Positions 43,435 to 54,481 of a DNA stretch of 64,000 bases are shown in pieces (position 1 is the stretch's first letter; every line of letters begins with the position of its first letter). Source of the DNA: a virus (Duplodnaviria; Caudoviricetes); IMG/VR virus record IMGVR_UViG_3300025018_000091. One strand, 5' to 3'. Below the pieces are notes generated by a model that ran no database searches, was not told the origin of the DNA, and saw only the letters and a program-made list of their open reading frames with translations. The translations under genes and the position numbers were made by a program.

Positions 43435-43863
43435 TTAGTGGTTATCGTTATCCAGCGTAAGATACGACTCTGGGTTAAAAAGAAATCGTTTCAAAGTATT
43501 ACGACTCTGAAATGCGTCTTGACTTGTTCCTTGAGATTGATGATCAATGTAACTATAATTACCAGAATTCCAATCAGTATTGATATTGATCACAACCTCT
43601 TTGCAACCAGTATGTTCTTTGATAACACTAATTAGCATTTCTTTTTCTTCTGGGTTGTCATAACAATCAACCGCACAATAGTTTGCCTTAGTCTCGGCAT
43701 CAAAGAAATCTCCACCAGACCACCCAAACTCACCACCATTCAAAGTGATAACACCATTCTCATCTTGTTCTAAATCATCAAACAAATTATCTTTTGTAGA
43801 AATTGAAATTGAATGAGAACTAGACGAATTAGTCTCGAACACATTGCGTCGAATGTTTTTCAT
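43435..43863 (-). CDS. FETNSSSSHS-motif protein, paralogue 1
   Basis: MKNIRRNVFETNSSSSHS; GEFGW; YIDHQS; FLFNPES..DNDN. Confidence 0.8.
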   Translation of the reverse strand: MKNIRRNVFETNSSSSHSISISTKDNLFDDLEQDENGVITLNGGEFGWSGGDFFDAETKANYCAVDCYDNPEEKEMLISVIKEHTGCKEVVININTDWNSGNYSYIDHQSQGTSQDAFQSRNTLKRFLFNPESYLTLDNDNH

Positions 43864-43865
43864 GA

Positions 43866-44351
43866 TTATTCCTTAAATGAATCTGAATACTTAGAGAATT
43901 CTTTTAGAATCATTCCGCGTTCATTAGTGATATGTTTACCAGACTTAAGAGCATCAATTCTTTTATTGAGAAATAACATTTCCTCATCAATGTCTTTTTG
44001 CTTGTTTCCAAGCCAATAAGCTAGTTGACCGCTACTGATATACTGTTCAGTATGCTCTAGCCAATCACATTCGACTTGATCTCTAGGAAGCTCGGGTTCA
44101 ACTCCACAATGGTTTAGAGAACAATAACCGCCAAATGGAGATACCTGAAAATCGATATTCATGATATACCAGCCACGACCAGTTCGCCTGATATCTGGAT
44201 CAATGCCGATAATACGAATGTTGAACGCAGAACAATCATTAATGATATCGCCCGGCTTTAGAGTTAAAGCCCACTTGAGATTAGCTTCCCTTCGACGATT
44301 CACCTGGCTCCTTACGAGAAGACGAGATACATGCTTATATAGTTTAGCCAT
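43866..44351 (-). CDS. hypothetical protein
   Basis: 161 aa; 2 bp upstream of the FETNSSS operon. Confidence 0.6.
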   Translation of the reverse strand: MAKLYKHVSRLLVRSQVNRRREANLKWALTLKPGDIINDCSAFNIRIIGIDPDIRRTGRGWYIMNIDFQVSPFGGYCSLNHCGVEPELPRDQVECDWLEHTEQYISSGQLAYWLGNKQKDIDEEMLFLNKRIDALKSGKHITNERGMILKEFSKYSDSFKE

Positions 44352-44436
44352 TGATTTTGTCTTTCAAAGCTTTTAGAGATTTGATTCTTTTTGAACTTTT
44401 ATGCATAGTGATGCTAGGGGGAGTTGAACCCGCCGT

Positions 44437-44820
44437 TTAATTATCAAATCTATCTGATATACCAGCATACTCTTGGATAGAGCCAAAAATGTTCTGAACC
44501 AATTCTGTAGAATTAATAGTTAATCTGGCAGTTCCAAATGGTAAACTGTTACCTCTTTTATTTTTACTATATTTTGATGTTTTATTTTCTGAAGATTTAG
44601 TAAAACATTCTATTGGAAGATCTAATGTTTCTTTCCAGAAAGTTTTTATTTTGTCAATAGAATGTAGTGCTGTGTGTGCATGAATTGCTACTCTTATTTT
44701 TTCTTTTGGAATATTGTAACATTCATATAGAAACTTCAGAAAAAATATAAGAAGGTCTGGATCTGAATTGGTTATTTGACAACAGTTTTTTCCTTTACTA
44801 CCTTCTCCCCAATATAGCAT
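44437..44820 (-). mobile_element. LAGLIDADG-like (YWGEG type) endonuclease, probably 5'-truncated
   Basis: AGCMLYWGEGSK..ITNSDP motif; the frame is closed by a TAG about 30 codons upstream. Confidence 0.65.
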
Positions 44821-45641
44821 ACAACCAGCAACATGTAACTGCTTTAGAATTCCCTCGCAAGCACAATTTCTCCTGCTTAGAAAGTCAACTTCGTATACCT
44901 CGGTGGTTAGCTATTCCGTTGAGGTTCGTAAATCAATTGTCCATAAGCGTTCTTTCTTAATTCAGATTCTTTGGCTTTGCGTATCTCAATTCTCCAAACT
45001 GAAGACCAAGCTCCGTTATGGAGTATTCAGGCTTTCCATCAACAACTCTTTTTTCAAAAAGCCCCTTGGCAATCAAACGTTCCATTGCAGCGTCGAAAAT
45101 GTCATCGGGTAAATTGACTTCACGTCTGTCTAAGACTTTGCTTATACCTTCGTATTTGTTTTTGTAATACATCTTACTTCATCTCCTCAAGTTTAGCTGG
45201 CATAGGTGTTACTTTATGATCGGGCTTTGTAGGTTCATCATCAACCTCTAGCTCAGCCCAATCATTGTCAAGTATCTGACCAGCTTTTATTATTAGGAAA
45301 AATTCCTCATTGCTAATATCAGGCATTAGTTCTCTGATATCAGGAATATCCAATCCTTTATTTAAGGAGATGGCAGCCTTATGAATGTAATATTCGATGT
45401 CAAGAATGGTGTCCCCCAATCATGTTAGGTTGGTCTTACCAATCCTGCCATAACTTAGCGCGGGATATTTCTTGCTACCCTAATACTATATTATGCAACC
45501 CTCTGATACAATAGATAATCAATGCTATATTCCAGCCCTTTGGGAAGAAACCAGGCGATTTGCTTTTTTGCCTGAGTAACAGAGGGAGCTATTCCCCAAA
45601 CCTCATCGAACTGGTCTTTGATAATGAAGACCCTATCAATC

Positions 45642-45809
45642 TTACGAGTCTTCATCTTGACATGCCTTGCGGAATCGTTCCTTATTAAATCTTGGATTAT
45701 CACCTTCGAAAAATTCAACAAAGGTATCAATCAACATCTGAAATTCAGATTCAGTTGAATTTGTAAACTGAATTGTTTTTACAGCACGAAGATAATCTTT
45801 TTTAGTCAT
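45642..45809 (-). CDS. 55-aa hypothetical protein (not in ORF track), paralogue of 36637-36969
   Basis: MTKKDYLRAV...FFEGDNPRFNKERFRKAC; directly downstream of motif copy 4. Confidence 0.6.
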   Translation of the reverse strand: MTKKDYLRAVKTIQFTNSTESEFQMLIDTFVEFFEGDNPRFNKERFRKACQDEDS

Positions 45810-45877
45810 AGCGGTTTGTAACTCCTTGATTTTAAACTCTTTTTGATTAATGTTGCTTGGTGCCGCCTACACTACCT

Positions 45878-45902
45878 GGCTTGCCCCGCTCACTCGATGG
45901 GG
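45878..45902 (-). promoter_or_regulatory. dispersed 25-bp motif, copy 4
   Basis: Plus strand ggcttgccccgctcactcgatgggg. Confidence 0.75.
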
Positions 45903-45915
45903 CGCGATGGTTGCC

Positions 45916-46401
45916 TCACGCAATCATTTTTATATTTTCTTCGGCATAATCGTATATCAATATTCTGCCGTTTTTATCCATTCCTACTTGAGGACCATCA
46001 TTTAGCTCATTAGCCCAATCAGGAATCATCTCATATAGATCCTCGTCAAATGATTCATCCATTGGAGTAACGGCTCGCATCATTAATACATTCTCCTTCA
46101 CTAATCTACAAGGAGCATAATGACCACGACTATTAATATAGATATATCTCTCACGCTTATTGGATAGAATGCCCAATTCAACATATGCTATTTTGAGAAC
46201 TACATTTCCCCTTCGCCAAACACGACGGTCTTTTCCAGATGACAAGAAAATCCACCCTTGAGTTTCAAGGATGTTTTCTAGCTTTAGAGCTTGCATATAC
46301 CATTTATCATAGAAAATAGTTCTCATGGCACCATGTAAATTAATTTTCTTAGCAATGCTAAATAAAATTCCTTTAAGTTTTGTTAGCGTATTTGTTGGCA
46401 A
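45916..46401 (-). CDS. minimal kinase-like protein
   Basis: LSSGKDRRV, VVLKIA, N..E, QVG...ILIYDYA. Confidence 0.55.
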   Translation of the reverse strand: MPTNTLTKLKGILFSIAKKINLHGAMRTIFYDKWYMQALKLENILETQGWIFLSSGKDRRVWRRGNVVLKIAYVELGILSNKRERYIYINSRGHYAPCRLVKENVLMMRAVTPMDESFDEDLYEMIPDWANELNDGPQVGMDKNGRILIYDYAEENIKMIA

Positions 46402-47507
46402 GTCTTACTCCCATGTAGCTTACCTCTTCCTTTTCAACCTTTTCTTTTTTATCTTTGGTCTTTGTAATTAGAATCTGATGACCAGAGTCAAATCCAATAT
46501 TGAATCGGTAAACCCAGAATGGATCAACTCCAAGATAATCACAAACTATCTTGAGCCAACCTTCTTGAAATCCATTGCGGACCAAATCTTCTCTGCCCAT
46601 TTTCAAAAGCACGGCACCAATAGCATCGCATGATACTGGATAGTCTGCCATATGGCACCTATATGCCGAGTCTCGAATACACCAATCGAATACGGCTCCA
46701 CCACGATTGATTCGCAAGCCGCAACTCTTGGCATAGATTAGAGCTTCTTCAATTAGAGATTCTGTTTGACCCATAGTTTTCCTTTAGTCAGAAGAGTCGT
46801 AAGACATTATATACTTACACTTGGTGCATTCGCTAACATGATAGCAATGACCAAAATGAGAAATGCCCCTCGAATTACATTCTTTTTGATCCAAACTACG
46901 ATATTCATGTTTGCAACCAAAAGCAAAGTATTCAACCTTGCCCTGCCAGTAATCGGAATGCATAGCAATTCCGGTTCCATCATCAAACCAGAACATATGC
47001 AGCGTAATCATCTTGCCCCTGCGATTGGGAGTCAAGTCATCTTTGCTGGTTACATATGCCTGACGATATTCTGTAGCCTTTGGGCTATAGGTAAAGAACT
47101 GACTGGTGGCAAATTCTTTTTCAGAAATTCGACGCAGCCCAGTAGGCGGATCATTGAAGTCCGTTCCATCAGGAGACTTATCTGAAGTGTGGATTATTTT
47201 ATTCATTTTTGTCTAATCTCCTAAATTAATAGGCTAATGATTAATGATAATCGGTTTTGTTTTAATTAGATTCGAAAACTAATTACAACTCAAATTGAGG
47301 CGAGTTGCCTGCCTAAGTTGAAAGGATAGCTCGCAGTCGGTTACAACCACCAACATCATACAGTGTATACCCAGTGATGAATCGCGTAGGTGCCTTTACC
47401 GCTTGACTACTCATTATATTACCAGCAGCCCTTTAATTGTCCACCTAAACCATTCCAGCTACCCTAGCGCCATACTATTGATATGTAATCTCAAGTATAG
47501 CCATCAT

Positions 47508-48248
47508 TCATTCAGGACATGAATCCACTACATGTGCAGGATGTCCCATACTAACTAATATGTCAACTGTATATTGACAATCAGTCATACTCGTTGTTGC
47601 TAAGCAATTGCATTTTGTACCTGATTGCTCAGAATGATAGCAACACAAGTATGTTCCATCACAAGATGTAAGCTCTCCTGTTGCGGAATTACAAACTTGA
47701 TTCACAGTACACATACAAGCCCCACTTGATAGTTCTTCACAACACCAAGTGCCATTGCAGATGTTTTGCTGACACTGAATCGGACAGATACTGGTAACTT
47801 GCCACGTCCCAGAACTATCACAGAACTCTACATCACGATCCAAACACCTCTCATCACCAGGGTTACATTCTCCTGTGCAAATACCATCCTCACAAAGATA
47901 CTCACACTCTGGTTTTGTCTGCAACTCACCGTTTCCATTACAGAAAACGGGAGTTTTTCCTTGGCAAGAAAGTTCGCCAGGAACACAACCAGAAGTATCT
48001 TCCACTGAAGATTCAACAACATCCTCTGTGGAAGATTCAACAACATCCTTTGTGGAAGTCTCAGTTACATCAGGGACATCGACAACATCAGGAACAGATG
48101 TTTCAACAGAAGATTCAACATCCACATCAGCAGCAGCATCTGATGCATCTGGGACATTTACATCCGGGGAAGTTTCACTGTTCGTGAAATCACTTCCTCC
48201 ACATGATACCAACCCAGCAACCATGAATAGCAAGAATATTTTTTTCAT
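47508..48248 (-). CDS. Cys-rich lipoprotein, myxobacterial type
   Basis: Lipobox LVSC, acidic D/V/S/T repeat linker, repeated C..G...C....C..C..G.W units. Confidence 0.75.
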   Translation of the reverse strand: MKKIFLLFMVAGLVSCGGSDFTNSETSPDVNVPDASDAAADVDVESSVETSVPDVVDVPDVTETSTKDVVESSTEDVVESSVEDTSGCVPGELSCQGKTPVFCNGNGELQTKPECEYLCEDGICTGECNPGDERCLDRDVEFCDSSGTWQVTSICPIQCQQNICNGTWCCEELSSGACMCTVNQVCNSATGELTSCDGTYLCCYHSEQSGTKCNCLATTSMTDCQYTVDILVSMGHPAHVVDSCPE

Positions 48249-48940
48249 TTCAACTCCCTGGTGGTTTACAAATGTTTGGGAACATAAGTCTAAAGCGCCT
48301 TAATTCTTCTTCTTTTTGTTCACATAACAACTTGTATTTAACCATTTTATTATTTAGTTTTCTAACATCTTTTTTCAAGGAATCAAGTTTAGACCTAACA
48401 TCCTCTAGATCTGCTTTATATTCAGTTAGTTCTTCTTCTAACTTTTCTTCTGTCGTCGTAGGCGTCATATTAATTCCTTTCCTAAGAATAAGGTTTTAGG
48501 CGACCCCAGCATATAGCTGGAACCGCCCTAAAGAGGATAACCTTAAACCCCTACCCATCGAAGGCACCACCAATTTTTTGATTAGAAATTGGAAACTAGC
48601 TTTGCGCCAACATTGTTGGCAAATCTTCAGACGTTGCGAAGAAAGTTTGCAACCGAACCATCTTCAACCATTTGATTGTAAAGGCGCAAGCCTTCATCAG
48701 TCGCAGCAATTTCCTTCACAGTCTCATACCCACGACCAACTTCAATCTCAACCAACTCGCCCTCTTCCCAAACATTCTGTGTGTAGATTTTTTCACGAGT
48801 CTTTACAACAATACGATTCAATTTCTCTCCAGGCTTACTAAGTTTGCCAGTTACCATACAATAATACATTTTATTCTCCTTTAGATCTGGTAATAATATG
48901 TTATACATTATAACAACACACTATATAACCAAAGTTTATC

Positions 48941-49888
48941 ATGAACGATACTATCAAATTATGTAAAAAATGTGGTTTAGAAAAACCATCCACCAATGAT
49001 TATTTTAGTTTATGCTGGAATAGAAAGGACGGATTCTATCCATATTGTAAGGATTGCGTAAATAAACGCAATAGAGAACGCCACAAAAATGGCAATATAA
49101 CATATAAAACTAAAATTAAAAAACAACGACTCGCATTGATTTCACGCAATCAAGAATATATATTTGGTTATTTGTCCCAAAAAAGCTGCATTGATTGCGG
49201 CGAAAATCGTTTAGGGGTTTTAGAGTTTGATCATGTAAGGGGTGAAAAGAAATATAGTTTATGCGAGATGGCTCATAATTCTATATCACTTAAAAAAATA
49301 ATAGAAGAAATATCTAAATGTGAGGTCAGATGTGCAAATTGTCATCGTTTAAAAACTAATAATCAATTCGGCTATTTACGAAATATTTTTGAAATACATG
49401 AACAAAACCAATCTATTCAATTACAAAACACACACAAATGGGATGATAAAATTTCATCTAGATATTGGAAACATGTTAATATACACCCAAATGATAACGC
49501 TTGCTGGGATTGGATTGGTGCCAAAAATGGCAAGAATATAGGCACGTTCAGGCTAAGTGAATATGATGGAACAATATTAGCTCACAGATTTTCATACGAA
49601 ATAACATTTGGATCCATACCAGATGGATACCTAATATCTCATACGTGTACTAATAATTTATGTGTTAATCCTAAACATTTGGTTCTTAGTACAAGGAGTG
49701 ATAATGCCAAATTACGTGAATTAAAACGCGGTAAACGTTTAAATTCAAAAACTAAACTAACAATCCATCAAATTAAAGAAATAAGAAAGTCTACAAAAAC
49801 TGCTAGTGCATTAGCTCGTGAATATAAGGTATCCAGGGGAACTATACGTAATGTACAAAATCATACTTATTTTAAATACATTACTTAA
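48941..49888 (+). mobile_element. free-standing endonuclease with two HNH domains and C-terminal HTH
   Basis: CIDCG..LEFDHV..CEVRCANCH and CWDW..AHRFSY..HTCTNNLCVNPKHL. Confidence 0.88.
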
Positions 49889-50184
49889 GTTCTTTTTAAC
49901 CTTCCTTTCAGTCTTCAGAATTGAACTTCTTGTGCTTGCGAACAATCTCTACTTCCTTTTCCTCAGTAGGAGAAGGAGTAAACTTCGTCAATGAATCTGC
50001 TCGACAGATATAGGCATCATCGCCAAAATCCACCACAACAGCATTTCGCTCATTGCGAATCTCACACACAACTTCGCCCATCTTGGCTCCAAGATCAGCC
50101 CTACGACCCACATACTTTACTTTGTCACCAGGCAAAAAACTCATTATTCTTTTCTCCTTGTGTATCAATAATTAATTTAATATC

Positions 50185-50500
50185 AACAATTCAACAAATT
50201 ATTCGTGGTATTCTCTGGGTAAACGATACAAAGGAGTCAACCTTAATAGGCTCCAAAGTATCTACAGAATCATCCTAATTATAGGTTGAATGACTTGTGC
50301 AGATATCCAGCGCGCTGCACTACGCCCTGTAATCAAAATTTAATTAAATTTTGCATTGCACGCCTCAGACTACAGTTCAATTATTGGGTACAATATTGAG
50401 TCGCACATTTTATACGGCTTACCAGACGCTCAACAACCTGGCAGTATCGGCTCATTTACACAAATGAGCAAAGTCTTTTATGCGAGTGGAACACTATGCC
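50185..50500 (-). ncRNA. candidate structured ncRNA (hairpin chain)
   Basis: Intergenic ~340 bp; stems GCTCATTT/AAATGAGC, CCAG/CTGG, CAAAATTTAATTAAATTTTG palindrome, GTGCAG/CTGCAC, GATAC..GGAG/CTCC..GTATC. Confidence 0.35.
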
Positions 50501-50955
50501 TAATCAATTACATCTCTTACTCAATAGGACTAGGTTTAGGTTCCACCTGAACATCAGTAAAGGGTTGTTGAGTATCAATCAACAACAGCAACCCACCACA
50601 TTCTTCGTATGCTGCGTGCCACAAGAAATCCGCTTGTTCCTTTGTATTGGCAGCACCAACAACACGAAGACTCGTAAACGAATGACCAAATGGATTGCCA
50701 CCAACAATCAAGAATCTGTTGGGTTGAGTAAATCCAGGCTCGCCCCGATTTGCTTCAATCAATTTCTGAAAAGCATTCATATTGGTTTCACTTCCTTGAA
50801 AAGAAACATCGTTCCAGAATATCCAGGTGTATTACGCTTGGAATCTAGAATGACAGATACGGCTTCAGGAGTATCAAAATTGGGAGGACCATTCCTAACA
50901 AAAGCGATAACTCCTTCACCTTGAGGAGTGAGGACTTTATCTTTAGCCTTCACTT

Positions 50956-51270
50956 TTACACCTTTGCAGGTGTCGCAACGGTAGTAGCAGCCTTTCCGCC
51001 ACCCTTGCCCTGACTCTTCTTGCGACGAGCCATCTTGGTTGCATTCTTTTCCAAAGCAATACGGGTTCCCTTATTCATGATGCGAAGCTCCTTAGCTTCT
51101 TTATTGGCTTGCAAGCTCTTATTGAAGAACCATGCTTTTGCCAAAGGTTCACCCTCATCTGCCAACTTACGCACGAACTTCTTAAGAGTCAACTTTTCGT
51201 TGCCCTTCATCTCCTTCGCCTTGTGAAAGAGACGCTTCAGAATAACAGACGGTTTGATTTCATTTGCCAT
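50956..51270 (-). CDS. basic hypothetical protein
   Basis: Lys-rich, GC-richer codons, GGAG SD. Confidence 0.65.
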   Translation of the reverse strand: MANEIKPSVILKRLFHKAKEMKGNEKLTLKKFVRKLADEGEPLAKAWFFNKSLQANKEAKELRIMNKGTRIALEKNATKMARRKKSQGKGGGKAATTVATPAKV

Positions 51271-53391
51271 GTTTTTCTCCCATTTATTATCTCCGGTAAT
51301 TATACTGATATTATTACCGGCATATGTTTGTATGAATACACTGAGGTTATCTTATGTCACTTGTTCTTATTTTATTACTTGTTTTCGTTTCTTTTATTAT
51401 CGGCTGGACATCATACCCATTTACTATCAATGTGTTTAATAATATTTTCCATGCAAAAATAAAAATTATTAAAACATCAAAAACCAAACTCAAAGAAATT
51501 AACGAAATTATTAACGATCCAACTTCAGAAGATTCTGAATCTGCTGATAAAATCAAACAGATTGTTTTGATTATTAAAAGCTAATCCTTTGCGCAACAAT
51601 ATGCTCTTGCTGATTTTCCAAATACACTCAAATGCACAAACGGCTTTCCTTCTGGACATTTGAAAGTTTCCGAGGTTAATGTCATGTGTTCCTCCCCACA
51701 ATCTTTTTCAATTCTTTCTTGTTTTCCCAAAGAATGTAGGAAAAATACAAACGCGAATATCACAGCTATTATGCAAACAGTAAGCAAAGGCAATATATTA
51801 TCTTTCATAGAATTTTTCCAAGAAGAACACCAGATTTGTAACAGGCATAATTCCTATCACTTGACCAACCAGTTTGCCGAGCACGTTACCCTCCACTTCA
51901 ATCGCATCAGGCAATGCCACGAAAGTATCATAACCATCGCAATCCACTTCCGCAACTACCTCCCCGTCGATTGTTTGTAAAAAATTGACGCGGACCATTG
52001 GCAAGGCTTTTCCATACATGTCATCACCAGTTCGCAGCAATTAGCTCATGGATTTTTGTAATCACCAGAAATGCCAAGATAATAATCAAACACCACTTGC
52101 CATCTCCAATCAGATATGCAGGAATTGCAACAATTGCTAAGTTCCTAATGTATTCTGGATTAACTACCATTCTCTTCTTCTTTCCTGCGCAAAGCTTTTG
52201 CTTCGCTTGCAGACCTATGAACCCTATGTTCAGGTCCAGTTAACTGTCCACAATAGATACAAGGAATTGAGTCTGTAAATATCAACCCACCTTTAATTAC
52301 TAAAGTTTGTGGAGTATTGATTGGTCTATGTGGACCTTCCTCAAATTTCTTATCTCAATAAGGACAAAGGCGAGCAATCGATCCGCACATACAAAACTTC
52401 AACTCTACCTGATCGATAATCGTTTCAGTCATGGTCCTAAGTCTCCGTCCCAATCACCAAGTTCATTTGGATCAAATATATCAATCCAGCTTTCTCCTTT
52501 ACTGGTATCACCATCTCCCCATTTGAACCCATTAGAATTAATATGGACTCCAGTATGACCGCGTACACGACAGCAATCATTTGCTGCCTCACAAGCAGTA
52601 CCCGAACCTGGTATGGCATATTCTATACCACCAAGTATACGAGTTCCGTTACCAGTGTTGTTTGTATCGCCAGGTATCATTGGCTTCTTCATTAGAAAAC
52701 CTATTTCTTAGGAAACAAAGCTTCCCATTTCAATGGACACCAATCTGGAGCTTTCCATTTGTTTACACTGTCAGTGCGAATTGACATGCTATTCAATCCA
52801 CAATAGTCACCATAGGAAAGATTACGATGCTTACACTTCTTCCCATTGGCTTTACAATACAAACTGGAAGGCTCAATCAATATTGGCAAATCAACTTCTT
52901 CTAACTCTTGATTACCACTCATAACTTAATCAACCTCCTCAAATTGATGTCTTGCGTCATATTCATCTACATCCCAACCGCAAGATTCTATGAAAGATTC
53001 TATCTTTAAAAGAAACTCATCAAGAGTTTCATTCTTTTGAAGACCTTCTGAATAGAATTTTTCAACCTGAAGTTCCACTACTGAATAAGGAATTTTAGAA
53101 GCCATTGCTGCGTTCCTTAAAATCTCTTTCAGCATCTTCTTTCTTGCTAAAATAATGTCCCCAATAAAAAGACTCATGAATAAAAGTCTCAAGGTCTTCC
53201 AACTTCATATTTTCCATGTGAGTTACATTTGCCTGATATTCATCAGGCAAATGTCGCATAACCACTCGATGAGGTTTTGTTCCATCAACAACCTTTACAG
53301 CCGTTCCGTAAAGCACAGTCTCTTCATTCTTGATTTTCATTATTAAATCCTTTCGACTATGTTTTCGTTTTCCGTCGTCCCTACAACATAC

Positions 53392-53416
53392 GGCTTGCCC
53401 CGCTCACTCGATGGGG
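53392..53416 (-). promoter_or_regulatory. dispersed 25-bp motif, copy 5
   Basis: Plus strand ggcttgccccgctcactcgatgggg, identical to copy 4. Confidence 0.75.
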
Positions 53417-54481
53417 CTGTCCAGTGTGGCTGTAACTCTTACAGAATGATCCTAAATAAAATGACGAACATTGAATTTTGAACCTGGACTCTGACTAATC
53501 GTCATATTAACATTTTGGTTTCGCATTGCGTGAAGATTCTCTTTTCGTTCTCTATCCTCTGCATAATCTAGTTGGGTTTCCATCATCATGATAATGTTAA
53601 CATCACCGAGAATCTTCGCAAATCTTACCTGCAGTTTTGCTTGGATTTTATCCCAATTCTTATCTTCAAAATCACTGCGAGAAATATAACAATAAATAGG
53701 ACCCGCAGCGCTATCAATTGGTACAAATTGTTTTAGGATATTATCCCAAACAAAATTTCCAACCTTTTGATCTAAATTATTGTAGATTGGCTCTTCAAGT
53801 TGAATAATATCACCGCAATTCATTTTCTATGTTAGCCTTTCTGGATCTCAAGGCTCATCGTCGATTTTCGTATTCAACCAATGTTGAAGTCAAACCTACC
53901 GCCAACTTATGAAGATAATCCTCATCACCAATCTCCATGATGTTTTCAATCAAAGCATTAAGTATCTGCTTAATGCCGTGTTCTCTTATGAGTCTTTTAA
54001 TTTCTTGATTGATGTCTTTCTTCATATTATTATCCGTAAATTGCTGAATTTACAATATTTTGTTTTGCTAGATATTCAACTGTAACAGTTGGATTTTTCA
54101 TTGGTTCTCCAAAATAGTTTTTCAATACTTTAACCAAAGTATTCAATCCATTTTGAGAATCAACGTGATAGCTATCACAACCATCTTTATCAATAGAGGT
54201 TCCTCCAGCAAATCCTTCAGCTCTGATTTCAGCACCAGCAATATCATTCAATGGATTGGCAGTGTCATATGGCAACGGGGAAGTCAAATGTACTACCCAG
54301 TAATACCAAGCTCTGGTGAATGTTATAACAACATCACCAAATTGAAGCACACCAATCATTGTTGATGGAACTTCCGGAGTAAATCTCTTTTTGAATTTCG
54401 TAATGATTATTGGAACATCAGCTTCTTCCAATTCCAATTTGACAAATTGGTTGGCATTTTCGTTACCTGCTAAATTAATCA

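Noticed and set aside
44405-44436. tmRNA 3' end
   Set aside because: It resembles GGGTTCAACTCCC, but there is no matching 5' end, no G3-U70 alanine acceptor and no tag ORF.
47210-47500. Possible ncRNA in a 300-bp gap
   Set aside because: Stems are short and weak and a D-loop-like stretch has no T arm; support is too thin.
48007-48048. Tandem 18-bp repeats (gaagattcaacaacatcc, 24-bp period)
   Set aside because: They encode the DVVESS linker repeats of the lipoprotein; not a regulatory or CRISPR repeat.
48515-48570. Partial match (cccatcga) to the dispersed 25-bp motif and an adjacent hairpin
   Set aside because: Opposite orientation and missing the CAAGC half; the hairpin is compatible with a terminator or processing stem.
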